Source: Planctomycetaceae bacterium (GTDB lineage Bacteria; Planctomycetota; Planctomycetia; Planctomycetales; Planctomycetaceae). From it: a stretch of DNA of 64,000 bases. The translations under genes and the position numbers were made by a program. Location: NCBI GenBank assembly GCA_041398825.1, contig JAWKTX010000014.1, positions 77,110 to 141,109 of the forward strand, given 5' to 3'. The notes beneath the pieces were generated by a model that saw only the letters and a program-made list of their open reading frames with translations, did not search any database and had not been told where the DNA came from. The first letter of the stretch is position 1. Every line of letters begins with the position of its first letter. Positions 19,134 through 27,763 of the stretch are shown piece by piece.

Positions 19134-20477
19134 GTGATCGCAATGTCTTCAAACTCCACCATTGCCGGATTCTCCCGCCTTCGAATTCTTGCACTGCTCG
19201 CCGCGTTACTCGTGGCCAGCAACCAGGCCAGCGCGGACGAATTGCCCTGGTCGACAGACATCGAAGGGGCACTGCAACAGGCAGCTTCGACTGGCCGGCC
19301 TGTCCTGATGGAATTTACGGCAGAATGGTGCGTCTATTGTAAGCGAATGGAGAAAAACACTTTTACCGATCCTGCTGTGGCGCAGGCGATCCGAAGTTCG
19401 TTTATCCCTGTTCGGGTGGATGCAGACCAGTACAAAGATCTGGTCAAGCAACTGCAGATTAAAGGACTCCCCGCGATTCTGGTGGTGGCTCCTGACCTCG
19501 CTATTCTGGAACGTATTTCGGGCTTTCAGACTCCCGAAGCACTCATCAAAAAACTGGCTCGGTTTCAGCAACCCCTGAATAGTGCTGCCCCATCTGCTCA
19601 ATTCGCTTCGGCAAATCCTGCCGCTGCCGCACAGCCAACACACCGCGTTTCCAGTACAAACGGTTTCAATGCGGTCCCGGCCTCTCAGCCGGAGCCTGTG
19701 CGTTCGCCGTCCCCACAGCAGTTCGCCGCCCAAACCGCTGCACCGCAGCCACAACAATCGAATAATGAACTGCCCAATTTCGATTTGTTCGCGGGCGTTC
19801 CTCAGGCGGAATCAGGTATGCGACCTGGGGTGCCGCAGCCAGCTATTCAGGCTGCCGAGCAACCAAATCCTTTCTCACAGGAAAGCTTCGATGCTTTTGT
19901 AGACAGTCAGCAAACCAGCGCTCCGCAGCCGTCGGCCACCGTTAGCGCGAGTGCGGCCACAACACCCGCTCCTCAGAATGCCTTTGAGGATGCGACGTTT
20001 CAATGGAATACTCCGGCAGCCAACCCCTCAGCTCAGAATGGCGCAACGGGTACGCTGGCCTCGGACGAACGGGCTCAGGTTTCCGCGAATCCGTTTCAGT
20101 TGTCGAGCCAGACCCGTGAGCAGACGGACCGGCTGATACGGCCATCATTTGGGGGTATTTGCCTGGTCAGCGCACTGGATGACCGAGCTATCGTTCAGGG
20201 GCAATTGAAGGTTGGGACGGTTTATCGAAACAAGAGAATCGTGTTTCACTCCCCCGAGTACCGGGATCGTTTCCTTGCGAATCCCGAAAAATACTGGCCT
20301 ATGCTGGACGGTATTTGCAGCGTCACACTCGCACAAAGCGGTAAGCAGATCGAGGGACGCTTTGAGTATGCATCCGTGTTCCGAAATCGGGTCTGGCTGT
20401 TCACGAACGAGCAGAACATGAATCTGTTTCTGGAAGAACCGGCTGAAGTTGTCGAAGAGGCGCTTGAGCAGCTGTGA
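19134..20477 (+). CDS. secreted thioredoxin-fold protein with a Q/P/A-rich linker and two C-terminal YHS-like repeats
   Basis: The signal peptide is RILALLAALLVASNQASA. The thioredoxin-like region is GRPVLMEFTAEWCVYCKRME...GLPAILVV (a CxxC motif). A ~200-aa low-complexity linker follows. Two repeats of the form C.V....G.......Y...(V/I).F.......F...P..Y (YHS/TRASH-like) close the protein. Confidence 0.75.
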   Translation: MIAMSSNSTIAGFSRLRILALLAALLVASNQASADELPWSTDIEGALQQAASTGRPVLMEFTAEWCVYCKRMEKNTFTDPAVAQAIRSSFIPVRVDADQYKDLVKQLQIKGLPAILVVAPDLAILERISGFQTPEALIKKLARFQQPLNSAAPSAQFASANPAAAAQPTHRVSSTNGFNAVPASQPEPVRSPSPQQFAAQTAAPQPQQSNNELPNFDLFAGVPQAESGMRPGVPQPAIQAAEQPNPFSQESFDAFVDSQQTSAPQPSATVSASAATTPAPQNAFEDATFQWNTPAANPSAQNGATGTLASDERAQVSANPFQLSSQTREQTDRLIRPSFGGICLVSALDDRAIVQGQLKVGTVYRNKRIVFHSPEYRDRFLANPEKYWPMLDGICSVTLAQSGKQIEGRFEYASVFRNRVWLFTNEQNMNLFLEEPAEVVEEALEQL

Positions 20478-20713
20478 TCGACGCAGTTGCTGGTTCTCTG
20501 GGCCGGCCGAACTCTTTCTGCCTGCCGCCTGCCGCTGTAAGAATGAGATGCAACCCGACACTTGTGAGGGATAAATTCTCTGGTCTTCAAGGGCCAGCAA
20601 TCCCCTGACGCATCGGGTTCCTTGTTCGCTGTCTGTTGAAAATCGGGACAGGCACGCTGGACGGTTGTAAGCCGTCAAGTTTTCAGGTCTCCCGCTCGAG
20701 CCAGTCCCGGTTT

Positions 20714-21517
20714 TCAACGGGCTGTCCAGCCCCCATCGACAGTGAGCATGCTACCGGTCATATAGCTGCTGGCGGGACTGGCAAGCAGCAGTGCTGCCCC
20801 CTGAATCTCGTTCAGATAGCCCCATCGCTCCAGTGCGACGGCTCCAACGATGGATTTCTTTGCTTCCTCTGTGTCTGCGATGGGAATGTTCATCGGTGTG
20901 AGGAAGGGACCCGGACAAATGGCATTGCACGTAATTCCGAAGGGGGCCAGTTCCAGTCCAAGGGCTCTTGTGAGCTGAACAACGGCCCCTTTGCTGGTGG
21001 TGTAGGGCGTTCGATTTGAAAGTCCAACAAGCCCAAGAGTACTTGCAAGGTTCACAATACGACCATAACCCCTCGACTTCATATGGGGAATCACAGCTTT
21101 GCAGCAGAGCCAGGTGCCATCGACATTGGTTTTTTGCACCTGCTGAAACTGCTCGTAAGTAATCTCTTCAATGCTGCCACGGATGTTGATGCCAGCGCTG
21201 TTGATCAATGCGTCAATGCGTCCGAATTGCTTGAGTGTCTGATCAACCATCTCTCGAGCATCTGCCGGCTTTGTCACGTCGGCGGCCAGCGCCAGCGTCT
21301 GAACGTCAAATCCACTGGCGATCTCATCAGCAACAGCCTGACCTTCCGTCTGATCCCGGCTGACCAGCACTACGGTGGCTCCGGCAGATGCCAGACCGGC
21401 GGCCATCGCTGCACCAAGGCCTTTCGAGCCTCCTGTGATGATGGCAACGTGTTCGTCCAGGCGGAACTGTTTGATGCCCGGCAGAGATTTCAGATCCGTG
21501 CTGGTAGGGTTGGTCAT
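20714..21517 (-). CDS. SDR-family oxidoreductase (FabG / gluconate-5-dehydrogenase-like)
   Basis: The 267-aa ORF contains ITGGSKGLGAAMA (TGxxxGxG), NSAG and the YTTSKGAV (YxxxK) catalytic motif. Confidence 0.9.
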   Translation of the reverse strand: MTNPTSTDLKSLPGIKQFRLDEHVAIITGGSKGLGAAMAAGLASAGATVVLVSRDQTEGQAVADEIASGFDVQTLALAADVTKPADAREMVDQTLKQFGRIDALINSAGINIRGSIEEITYEQFQQVQKTNVDGTWLCCKAVIPHMKSRGYGRIVNLASTLGLVGLSNRTPYTTSKGAVVQLTRALGLELAPFGITCNAICPGPFLTPMNIPIADTEEAKKSIVGAVALERWGYLNEIQGAALLLASPASSYMTGSMLTVDGGWTAR

Positions 21518-21922
21518 GCGCTGACGATTTCTATACAGACGATTTTAAACAAGATGAGTCGGGTGTCAGGATTCCGCTGAAACAGCGGCTTCAGCAGAAA
21601 CTCGTGGAACATAGCTCGGTTGCAGCAGCAGCTCAATGCCACCGCATCATCACGCGGCTTGTGCGTGGAGATTTTCGGCTTGGAAGGACGGCAGAATCGC
21701 ATTTGTCACCGGAGAGCTCGGCTTCAGCAAAGCCATGGGACCCGTTGGATGGTTTGCCGATGGACCTGGCAAATACACGTCGTTCTATGGTTCCCTTTCG
21801 GATGGCGGAAGCAAATAATAGCATCAGCCATCATCTGACGCCTGCAGCAGTCTGAGGCGATGTCGGTGGAGAACCATTCCATCGCGTTCTTCCGTTTTCC
21901 AAAAACAAAGGAGTACTCAATC

Positions 21923-23020
21923 ATGCGCAAGTGGGTTTTGGTAACTGGTGCCGTTGTTCTTCAAATGGCTGCGACCGCACAGGCAGCGGATGTCTGGGGG
22001 CTTGACAGAGGCACTCCCGAACTGAAGTCTGCGACCTGTCTGGCGTTTGGGCCGGATGACATTCTTTTTGTCGGCGATGCGAAGGCGGCAACTGTTTACG
22101 CAATCGCGACCGGCAACAAGGAAGGTGACGCAGCAAAGGCCCAGATCAACATCCAGGATCTGGATGCCGCATTGTCAGAAACACTTGGCGCTACGACTGT
22201 CAAGGTCAACGATGTGGCTGTAAATCCGGATACGGGCTGTGCATTTCTGGCGGTGACGGCCGATGAAAAACCGTGCCTTGTTCAGGTTGATAGTGATGGT
22301 AAGCGTCTGACAAGGATGGACCTGAAAGACGTACGATGCGCCAAAGTCGACCTGGCGGATGCACCTGAAGACAAGGTTACCGGGGAGGGGCGTCGTGCGA
22401 GGAATAATCGTGGAGATTCCATTACAGACCTCGCTTATTTCGAAGGCAAGCTTCTGGTCTCTGGCTTGAGTTCTTCTCAGTCTCCATCGGCGTTGCGAGA
22501 GCTGAATTTTCCTTTCGCTGCTGCTGACAAGGGAATCAGCGTGGAAATCTACCATGCTGCTCACGGACGAAGCGAAGACTATGCCGCGATGCGAACTTTT
22601 GTTCCGATGATGATTGATGGCGAGCCTAACATTCTTGGCGCTTATGTCTGCACGCCATTGGTGCGAATTCCTGTGAAGGATTTGTCTGCGGCAGGCGACA
22701 AAGTCAAGGCAACCACTGTTGCAGAACTTGGCAATCGCAACCAGCCGCTTGACATGATCACGTACGAAAAGAATGGTCAGGAGTTTCTGTTACTCAGCAA
22801 TAGTGCTCGCGGTGTCATGAAAATTACGACTGCCGGGCTCCGCAGCAACAAAGGACTGACAGAACCTGTCAAAGGCGGTGGAACGGCCGGACAGAGTTAC
22901 GAAAGCGTTGACTCCTTCCAGGGAGTTGCTCAGATGGATAAGTTGAACGAGACATCCGCCCTGATCCTCGCTCAGGCAGAAAGCGGTAAGCTTTCTCTGA
23001 AAACGATTGCCCTTCCATAA
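21923..23020 (+). CDS. hypothetical secreted protein (beta-rich)
   Basis: The ATG at 21923 is preceded by a strong SD (aaaggag at 21907-21913). The signal peptide is MRKWVLVTGAVVLQMAATAQA. No family was recognised. The track ORF starts earlier, at 21860. Confidence 0.6.
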   Translation: MRKWVLVTGAVVLQMAATAQAADVWGLDRGTPELKSATCLAFGPDDILFVGDAKAATVYAIATGNKEGDAAKAQINIQDLDAALSETLGATTVKVNDVAVNPDTGCAFLAVTADEKPCLVQVDSDGKRLTRMDLKDVRCAKVDLADAPEDKVTGEGRRARNNRGDSITDLAYFEGKLLVSGLSSSQSPSALRELNFPFAAADKGISVEIYHAAHGRSEDYAAMRTFVPMMIDGEPNILGAYVCTPLVRIPVKDLSAAGDKVKATTVAELGNRNQPLDMITYEKNGQEFLLLSNSARGVMKITTAGLRSNKGLTEPVKGGGTAGQSYESVDSFQGVAQMDKLNETSALILAQAESGKLSLKTIALP

Positions 23021-23442
23021 GGCTTGTTTCAGGTCGCAACAGGGACAGCCAGCTTCATTCGGGTCTGCTTCGACAGTTGTCGAAGTGGCCTGACTGAAGC
23101 TTTTTTGTTGTTTTGCGCAACGGGGCTGATCCGGGCGGGCGAACCGCCAGGTCGTTGCCTGGTGGAAACACTTGTTGTCGCAAGTCATCAACAGGCGTCT
23201 TGGTGTCAAGAACATTGAGCGCAAGACCGTCTACTTCAGAATTGCTGTTGTCTGCTTCCTCGCCGGTTTTCTGTGTGAATGTGTCCCGGCAGAGGGCTGT
23301 TGTTCGTCCATCAGGATGAGTTCGCTGTCTGTTTGGGTCCGGTGATGGCATGGGTTGTGCAACGTTCGGCATTGTGGCACTTGTTCGCGATTGATGTTGC
23401 GAAATATCACCACACCAAATCTTACCCGTTGCGAGTGAACTG

Positions 23443-24018
23443 ATGCCCATCTTAACTTCGCGCAGATTGTTCTACACGGCTGCGGCCATCGGCCTGTTGA
23501 TCATTTCGTCACTAAATGCCTCGGGCATGGATGACAAAAGCACGGGCAACCAGCATGGGTTACGACGTGCTTCGTTGCGTGACCGATTGCAGGGGCTTGA
23601 TTCCGGACTGTGGAAGACCGTTTTCGGCACAAGAAACGAAATATCTGATTCGTCCGATCAGGGCGGCGAAAGTACGGACGCGGATTCCACCGGGGAACCA
23701 TCTGTTTCGATCGTGCTGCCCAATCCCGAACTGACTGAACAAACCACGGGACTGGCAGACCTGAGTACCGGGCAATTGCCCGCCGTATTAAAGAATGATT
23801 CAAACGCGACGGATCGTCTGGTGAACACTGCCATCAATGGCGAATCGGATGGTGGTAGTTCGGACGAGATTCCGATGAATAATCTGGAGATAGCGTCAAC
23901 AACTCAGATGCAGGCCGATCCATTCGCGAATTATGGCGGGCCTTCGCTCACAACGCTTCTTGTTGCTTTTGTCGCTGTCATCGTTGTTGCAGGTGCGTTA
24001 CTGTCGCCCAAGAAATGA
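23443..24018 (+). CDS. hypothetical protein with an N-terminal signal/anchor and a C-terminal TM anchor
   Basis: The 191-aa ORF has an N-terminal hydrophobic segment (LFYTAAAIGLLIISSLNASG), a Ser/Asp/Glu-rich middle and the C-terminal LTTLLVAFVAVIVVAGALLSPKK. Confidence 0.5.
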   Translation: MPILTSRRLFYTAAAIGLLIISSLNASGMDDKSTGNQHGLRRASLRDRLQGLDSGLWKTVFGTRNEISDSSDQGGESTDADSTGEPSVSIVLPNPELTEQTTGLADLSTGQLPAVLKNDSNATDRLVNTAINGESDGGSSDEIPMNNLEIASTTQMQADPFANYGGPSLTTLLVAFVAVIVVAGALLSPKK

Positions 24019-24026
24019 GTTGTTTG

Positions 24027-24959
24027 CTACGACGGCACCGGGAAACTGTCCAGCATCGCTCGGATGATCTGACCAGCGCGGTGTCGATGTCCTTCCCGGA
24101 TAGCACCTTTGCAGACAACACGGTGGGCGAGCACAGGAATGGCGACTTCTTTCACGTCGTCAGGGATAACGAAACTTCGTCCTTCCGCCATGGCGAGGGC
24201 CTGAGCAGCACGGTAAAACGTCAATGCCCCGCGGGTGCTGACACCCAGCACCAATTCGCTGTGATTGCGTGTCTTCGTCACCAGGTCGAGCATGTAATCG
24301 GCAACGGAATCTTCAACGGTGATGGCGGTGACGTCTTTTTGTAATGCGACCACTTGTTCGGCATCGACGACAGCCTGCAGAGTATCGACAGGCTGCCCTT
24401 CACGGTGTTGTGTCAGAATCTGTCGTTCCACGCTGCGTTCCGGGTAGCCCAGATCCAGACACATCATGAATCGGTCCAGTTGGTTTTCGGGCAAAGGATA
24501 AGTTCCCTCAAACTCAAACGGATTCTGAGTCGCGATGACTAAGAACGGCGTCCCGAGCTTATGGGTAACCCCTTCTATCGACGCCTGATTTTCACTCATC
24601 GCTTCCAGCAATGCGCTTTGAGTCCTGGGTGTCGTACGATTAATTTCGTCTGCAAGCAGGACGTTGGTAAAGACGGGACCGGGTCGGAATTCGAACTCAC
24701 CAGTCCCTGGTCGGTAGACGTTGGCCCCCAGGATATCACTGGGAAGGAGATCCGGCGTAAACTGCAGACGACTGAACTGACAACCGAGGGTTTTTGCCAG
24801 CGCGCGGGCCAGCGACGTTTTTCCGAGCCCCGGCGCATCTTCCAGCAGAATATGGCCACCTGCCAGAAGTGCAACCACCGACAATTTAATCGTCTTTTCC
24901 TTGCCGAGTACCGCCGATTCAACATTCGCGCGGATCTTTCCAATCACTTCGTGGCCCAC
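24027..24959 (-). CDS. MoxR-family AAA+ ATPase
   Basis: The 310-aa ORF has Walker A APGLGKTS, Walker B VLLADEINR and the typical MoxR (AAA_3) length and C-terminal lid. Confidence 0.92.
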   Translation of the reverse strand: MGHEVIGKIRANVESAVLGKEKTIKLSVVALLAGGHILLEDAPGLGKTSLARALAKTLGCQFSRLQFTPDLLPSDILGANVYRPGTGEFEFRPGPVFTNVLLADEINRTTPRTQSALLEAMSENQASIEGVTHKLGTPFLVIATQNPFEFEGTYPLPENQLDRFMMCLDLGYPERSVERQILTQHREGQPVDTLQAVVDAEQVVALQKDVTAITVEDSVADYMLDLVTKTRNHSELVLGVSTRGALTFYRAAQALAMAEGRSFVIPDDVKEVAIPVLAHRVVCKGAIREGHRHRAGQIIRAMLDSFPVPS

Positions 24960-25054
24960 TCGGCTTTCCTCTCACTGATTGAGTTACAATTCTGTTCAAA
25001 ACCGCTGAAGGGTAGAGTCTGACGGGATAAAGATGAACCCACACCACACTCATC

Positions 25055-25095
25055 TTTGACAAAGCGACCCACAGTTTTGACAAAGCGACCCACAG
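25055..25095. repeat. two tandem copies of tttgacaaagcgacccacag (21-bp period) in the moxR/bioF divergent intergenic region
   Basis: Exact 20-nt copies lie at 25055-25074 and 25076-25095, separated by one T. Each contains TTGACA. The second copy is ~100 nt upstream of the bioF ATG. Confidence 0.9.
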
Positions 25096-25194
25096 CTGCC
25101 GATTCCCTTCTGCGATACTCTCATACCTGCCCAACTCGTTGCTGCAGGACTGCAACCTGGTTGATGCAGATTCGACTGCCCGATTCAAATCTTC

Positions 25195-26367
25195 ATGCTA
25201 CCCTCAGAATTTCAACGCCGCCTTCATAAAAAGCTGGATTCGCTTACGGATGAACACCGTCTGCGCCCGCGCCGAACAGTAATCGCTCAGGATTCTACGA
25301 CGTGCACTGTCGATGGCCAGATCTGTGTCAATTTTGCCTCCAACGATTATCTTGGCCTGGCGTTCCATCCCGAAACGACTGCCGCATTTGCCGAAGCTGC
25401 TGGGACGCAGGCCGGTTCGACAGCCAGCGCACTGGTCGCTGGTCGGACAGACTGGCATTGTCGCCTGGAAACCGAACTGCGCTGCTTTGAAGAGGCCGAA
25501 GGAGTCTTATTGTTTCCATCGGGGTTCGCTGCCAATCTCGGTACACTGACAAGTCTTGTCACTGCAAACGACGCGGTCTTCTGTGATCGCGACAATCACG
25601 CCAGCATCATCGATGGTTGTCGAGCCGCGGATGGCAGAATGTTTGTCTACCATCGAGACTCTCTTGACCATCTTGCTGCTTCCCTGGAACGCCGCCGAAA
25701 CGAATACGACCAGCTGTTTATCGTCACGGATACTGTTTTCAGCATGGACGGTGTTCTTGCTCCGCTGCCCCGGTTGTGTGACATTGCGGAATCGACGGGA
25801 GCGGTCCTGATCGTTGACGAAGCCCATGGGACCGGCATCTTCGGGAGCCGGGGACAAGGTGTTTGCGAACTCATGGGGGTTCACAACCGTGTCCCCGTTC
25901 GCATCGGGACTCTCAGCAAAGCGGTCGGCGCGATGGGAGGATTTGTCGCGGGGGACAGCAACCTGATCGATGTTCTCTGGAATACGGCTCGTACCCAGTT
26001 TTTCAGCACGGCATTGCCGCCTGCGGTTTGTGCGGCCGCCGTGGCTTCTCTTCGGGTGATGCGGCGAGATCAGGATCGTCTCCGGCGACTGCACGATCGC
26101 TGCCAACTGGCTCGCCAGATTGTTGCGGATCGAGGGCTTGTGAGCATTGATGGCAGCCAGGGGCCAATTGTCCCCATTGTGACAGGGGCTGACGATTTGG
26201 CGGTAGAAGCCAGCCAGAAACTCATGAACGCGGGATTCTTCGTTCCGGCGATTCGACCTCCCACCGTGCCAACCGGGACAGCTCGCCTGCGAATGTCCAT
26301 CAACTGCGAGCATTCTGAGTCTCAAATTGAACAGGCCGTCTCCGAAATCTGCAAAGCTGTGAACTGA
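25195..26367 (+). CDS. bioF: 8-amino-7-oxononanoate synthase (alpha-oxoamine synthase family)
   Basis: The 390-aa ORF contains FASNDYLGL, SGFAANLG, VDEAHGTG and the PLP-Lys motif GTLSKAVGAMGG. Other alpha-oxoamine synthases (KBL, SPT-like) cannot be excluded by eye. Confidence 0.8.
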   Translation: MLPSEFQRRLHKKLDSLTDEHRLRPRRTVIAQDSTTCTVDGQICVNFASNDYLGLAFHPETTAAFAEAAGTQAGSTASALVAGRTDWHCRLETELRCFEEAEGVLLFPSGFAANLGTLTSLVTANDAVFCDRDNHASIIDGCRAADGRMFVYHRDSLDHLAASLERRRNEYDQLFIVTDTVFSMDGVLAPLPRLCDIAESTGAVLIVDEAHGTGIFGSRGQGVCELMGVHNRVPVRIGTLSKAVGAMGGFVAGDSNLIDVLWNTARTQFFSTALPPAVCAAAVASLRVMRRDQDRLRRLHDRCQLARQIVADRGLVSIDGSQGPIVPIVTGADDLAVEASQKLMNAGFFVPAIRPPTVPTGTARLRMSINCEHSESQIEQAVSEICKAVN

Positions 26368-26515
26368 GCCGTTCGCGTTTGCTGGAACCCGGCGTCGCGC
26401 CAACATACCCTCCGCCCGCCACCGGATTACCTTTCTCCACCGTTGGCTGAAAATCGGACACCTCTTTCAGTTTCGTTTGCCATTGAAACAGTGATTCCAC
26501 GAAAACAGTGATTCC

Positions 26516-27457
26516 ATGAATACTGATCGTTCGGTGCCAGCTACACTCCTCAGCTCTGATGAAGTTGATTCGACTCTTCGCGCTCGTGCGGCCCGCCGTG
26601 ACGGCTTTGCGGATCAGTATCCTTTTGAATCCCACTGGTTCGCAACGGAAGGAAATGTGCAGCACTATGTGGACGAAGGCACCGGGCCAGTGCTGTTGAT
26701 GGTCCACGGAAACCCCACCTGGAGCTTTGCCTGGCGGAGGCTGGTTTCGGAACTGTCACGCGATCATCGTGTCATCGCCATCGACCATCTTGGCTGTGGG
26801 TTTTCCGCAAAACCACAGAATCCAGATCTTTACACTCTGGACGGCCACATCCGCCGCCTTGCTTCTCTGGTTGAGGCGCTGGACCTTCAGAAGATCACAC
26901 TGTTTGGTCATGACTGGGGTGGAGCCATCGGGATGGGATGTGCAGGTCGACTGGCCAGTCGGTTCAAACAGTTCGTGCTGATGAATACCGGGGCATTTCG
27001 AAGTCAGGCGATCCCATTTCGTATTTCTCTTTGCCGAATTCCGCTTCTCGGGCAAATCGGAGATCAGGCGTTCAATCTGTTTGCCCGGGCTGCTTTGACG
27101 ATGGCGGTGGAGAGGCCACTGGAATCGCAGGCCCGCGCTGGAATGATTGCTCCGTATGATTCCTGGGCGAATCGAATTGCTGTGCATCAGTTTGTGCAGG
27201 ACATTCCGCTCCATTCTTCTCATCGAAGCTACAGGACGCTGCTGGAAGTTGAGAACGGTTTAATGCAATTCGCCAGACATCCCATGTTGTTGATTTGGGG
27301 GATGAAGGACTGGTGTTTTACGCCGGCGTTCTACGATGAATTCCGCGAACGATTCCCGGACGCAGAGACGATGCCCATCGACGATGCGGGGCACTATGTT
27401 TTCGAAGACGCCTACGAACAAATGCTGCCACGTATCCGGACCTTTCTGGGAAGGTAG
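26516..27457 (+). CDS. alpha/beta hydrolase of the haloalkane-dehalogenase-like subfamily (Asp nucleophile)
   Basis: The 313-aa ORF contains VHGNPTWSFAWRRL and LFGHDWGGAIG. The latter is a GHDWG nucleophile elbow carrying Asp rather than Ser, which is the hallmark of HLD/OleB-type enzymes. Confidence 0.85.
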   Translation: MNTDRSVPATLLSSDEVDSTLRARAARRDGFADQYPFESHWFATEGNVQHYVDEGTGPVLLMVHGNPTWSFAWRRLVSELSRDHRVIAIDHLGCGFSAKPQNPDLYTLDGHIRRLASLVEALDLQKITLFGHDWGGAIGMGCAGRLASRFKQFVLMNTGAFRSQAIPFRISLCRIPLLGQIGDQAFNLFARAALTMAVERPLESQARAGMIAPYDSWANRIAVHQFVQDIPLHSSHRSYRTLLEVENGLMQFARHPMLLIWGMKDWCFTPAFYDEFRERFPDAETMPIDDAGHYVFEDAYEQMLPRIRTFLGR

Positions 27458-27763
27458 ACTGTCGTTCCACAGGACAACAATCACTTCGATTTCTGGTGCC
27501 GTCTGTTTTGCGTCTGCATGGTGTGGTGAGTGGCTGTCGGGGCGGCGACGAGTACCGCATCGATGAATCTGCACCCTGCGTAAACGCTGATGTTGCTGTG
27601 CCACTCCGGTTTCCGGCTTGCGGTGTGAACTCACTGCGAAAATTGGTAACGCAAAAATCCACACTGTGTTGACGCGGCCTCCCCTGCCTTGTCCAATGCG
27701 GTTTCCCTCCAGCAGCGAAGGCTGATTTCGACAGTCTTCGCCCGTTCACAGGAACCCGCCCTG

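Noticed and set aside
24919-25188. 89-aa minus-strand ORF in the moxR/bioF intergenic region
   Set aside because: Its sequence (WVALSKLWVALSKM) is simply the translation of the 21-bp direct repeat, and it overlaps the moxR start. It is an artefact of the repeat.
25507-26406. 299-aa minus-strand ORF across bioF
   Set aside because: It is antisense to the alpha-oxoamine synthase frame that carries the PLP-Lys motif. Its Arg/Ser/Pro-rich translation has no motif.
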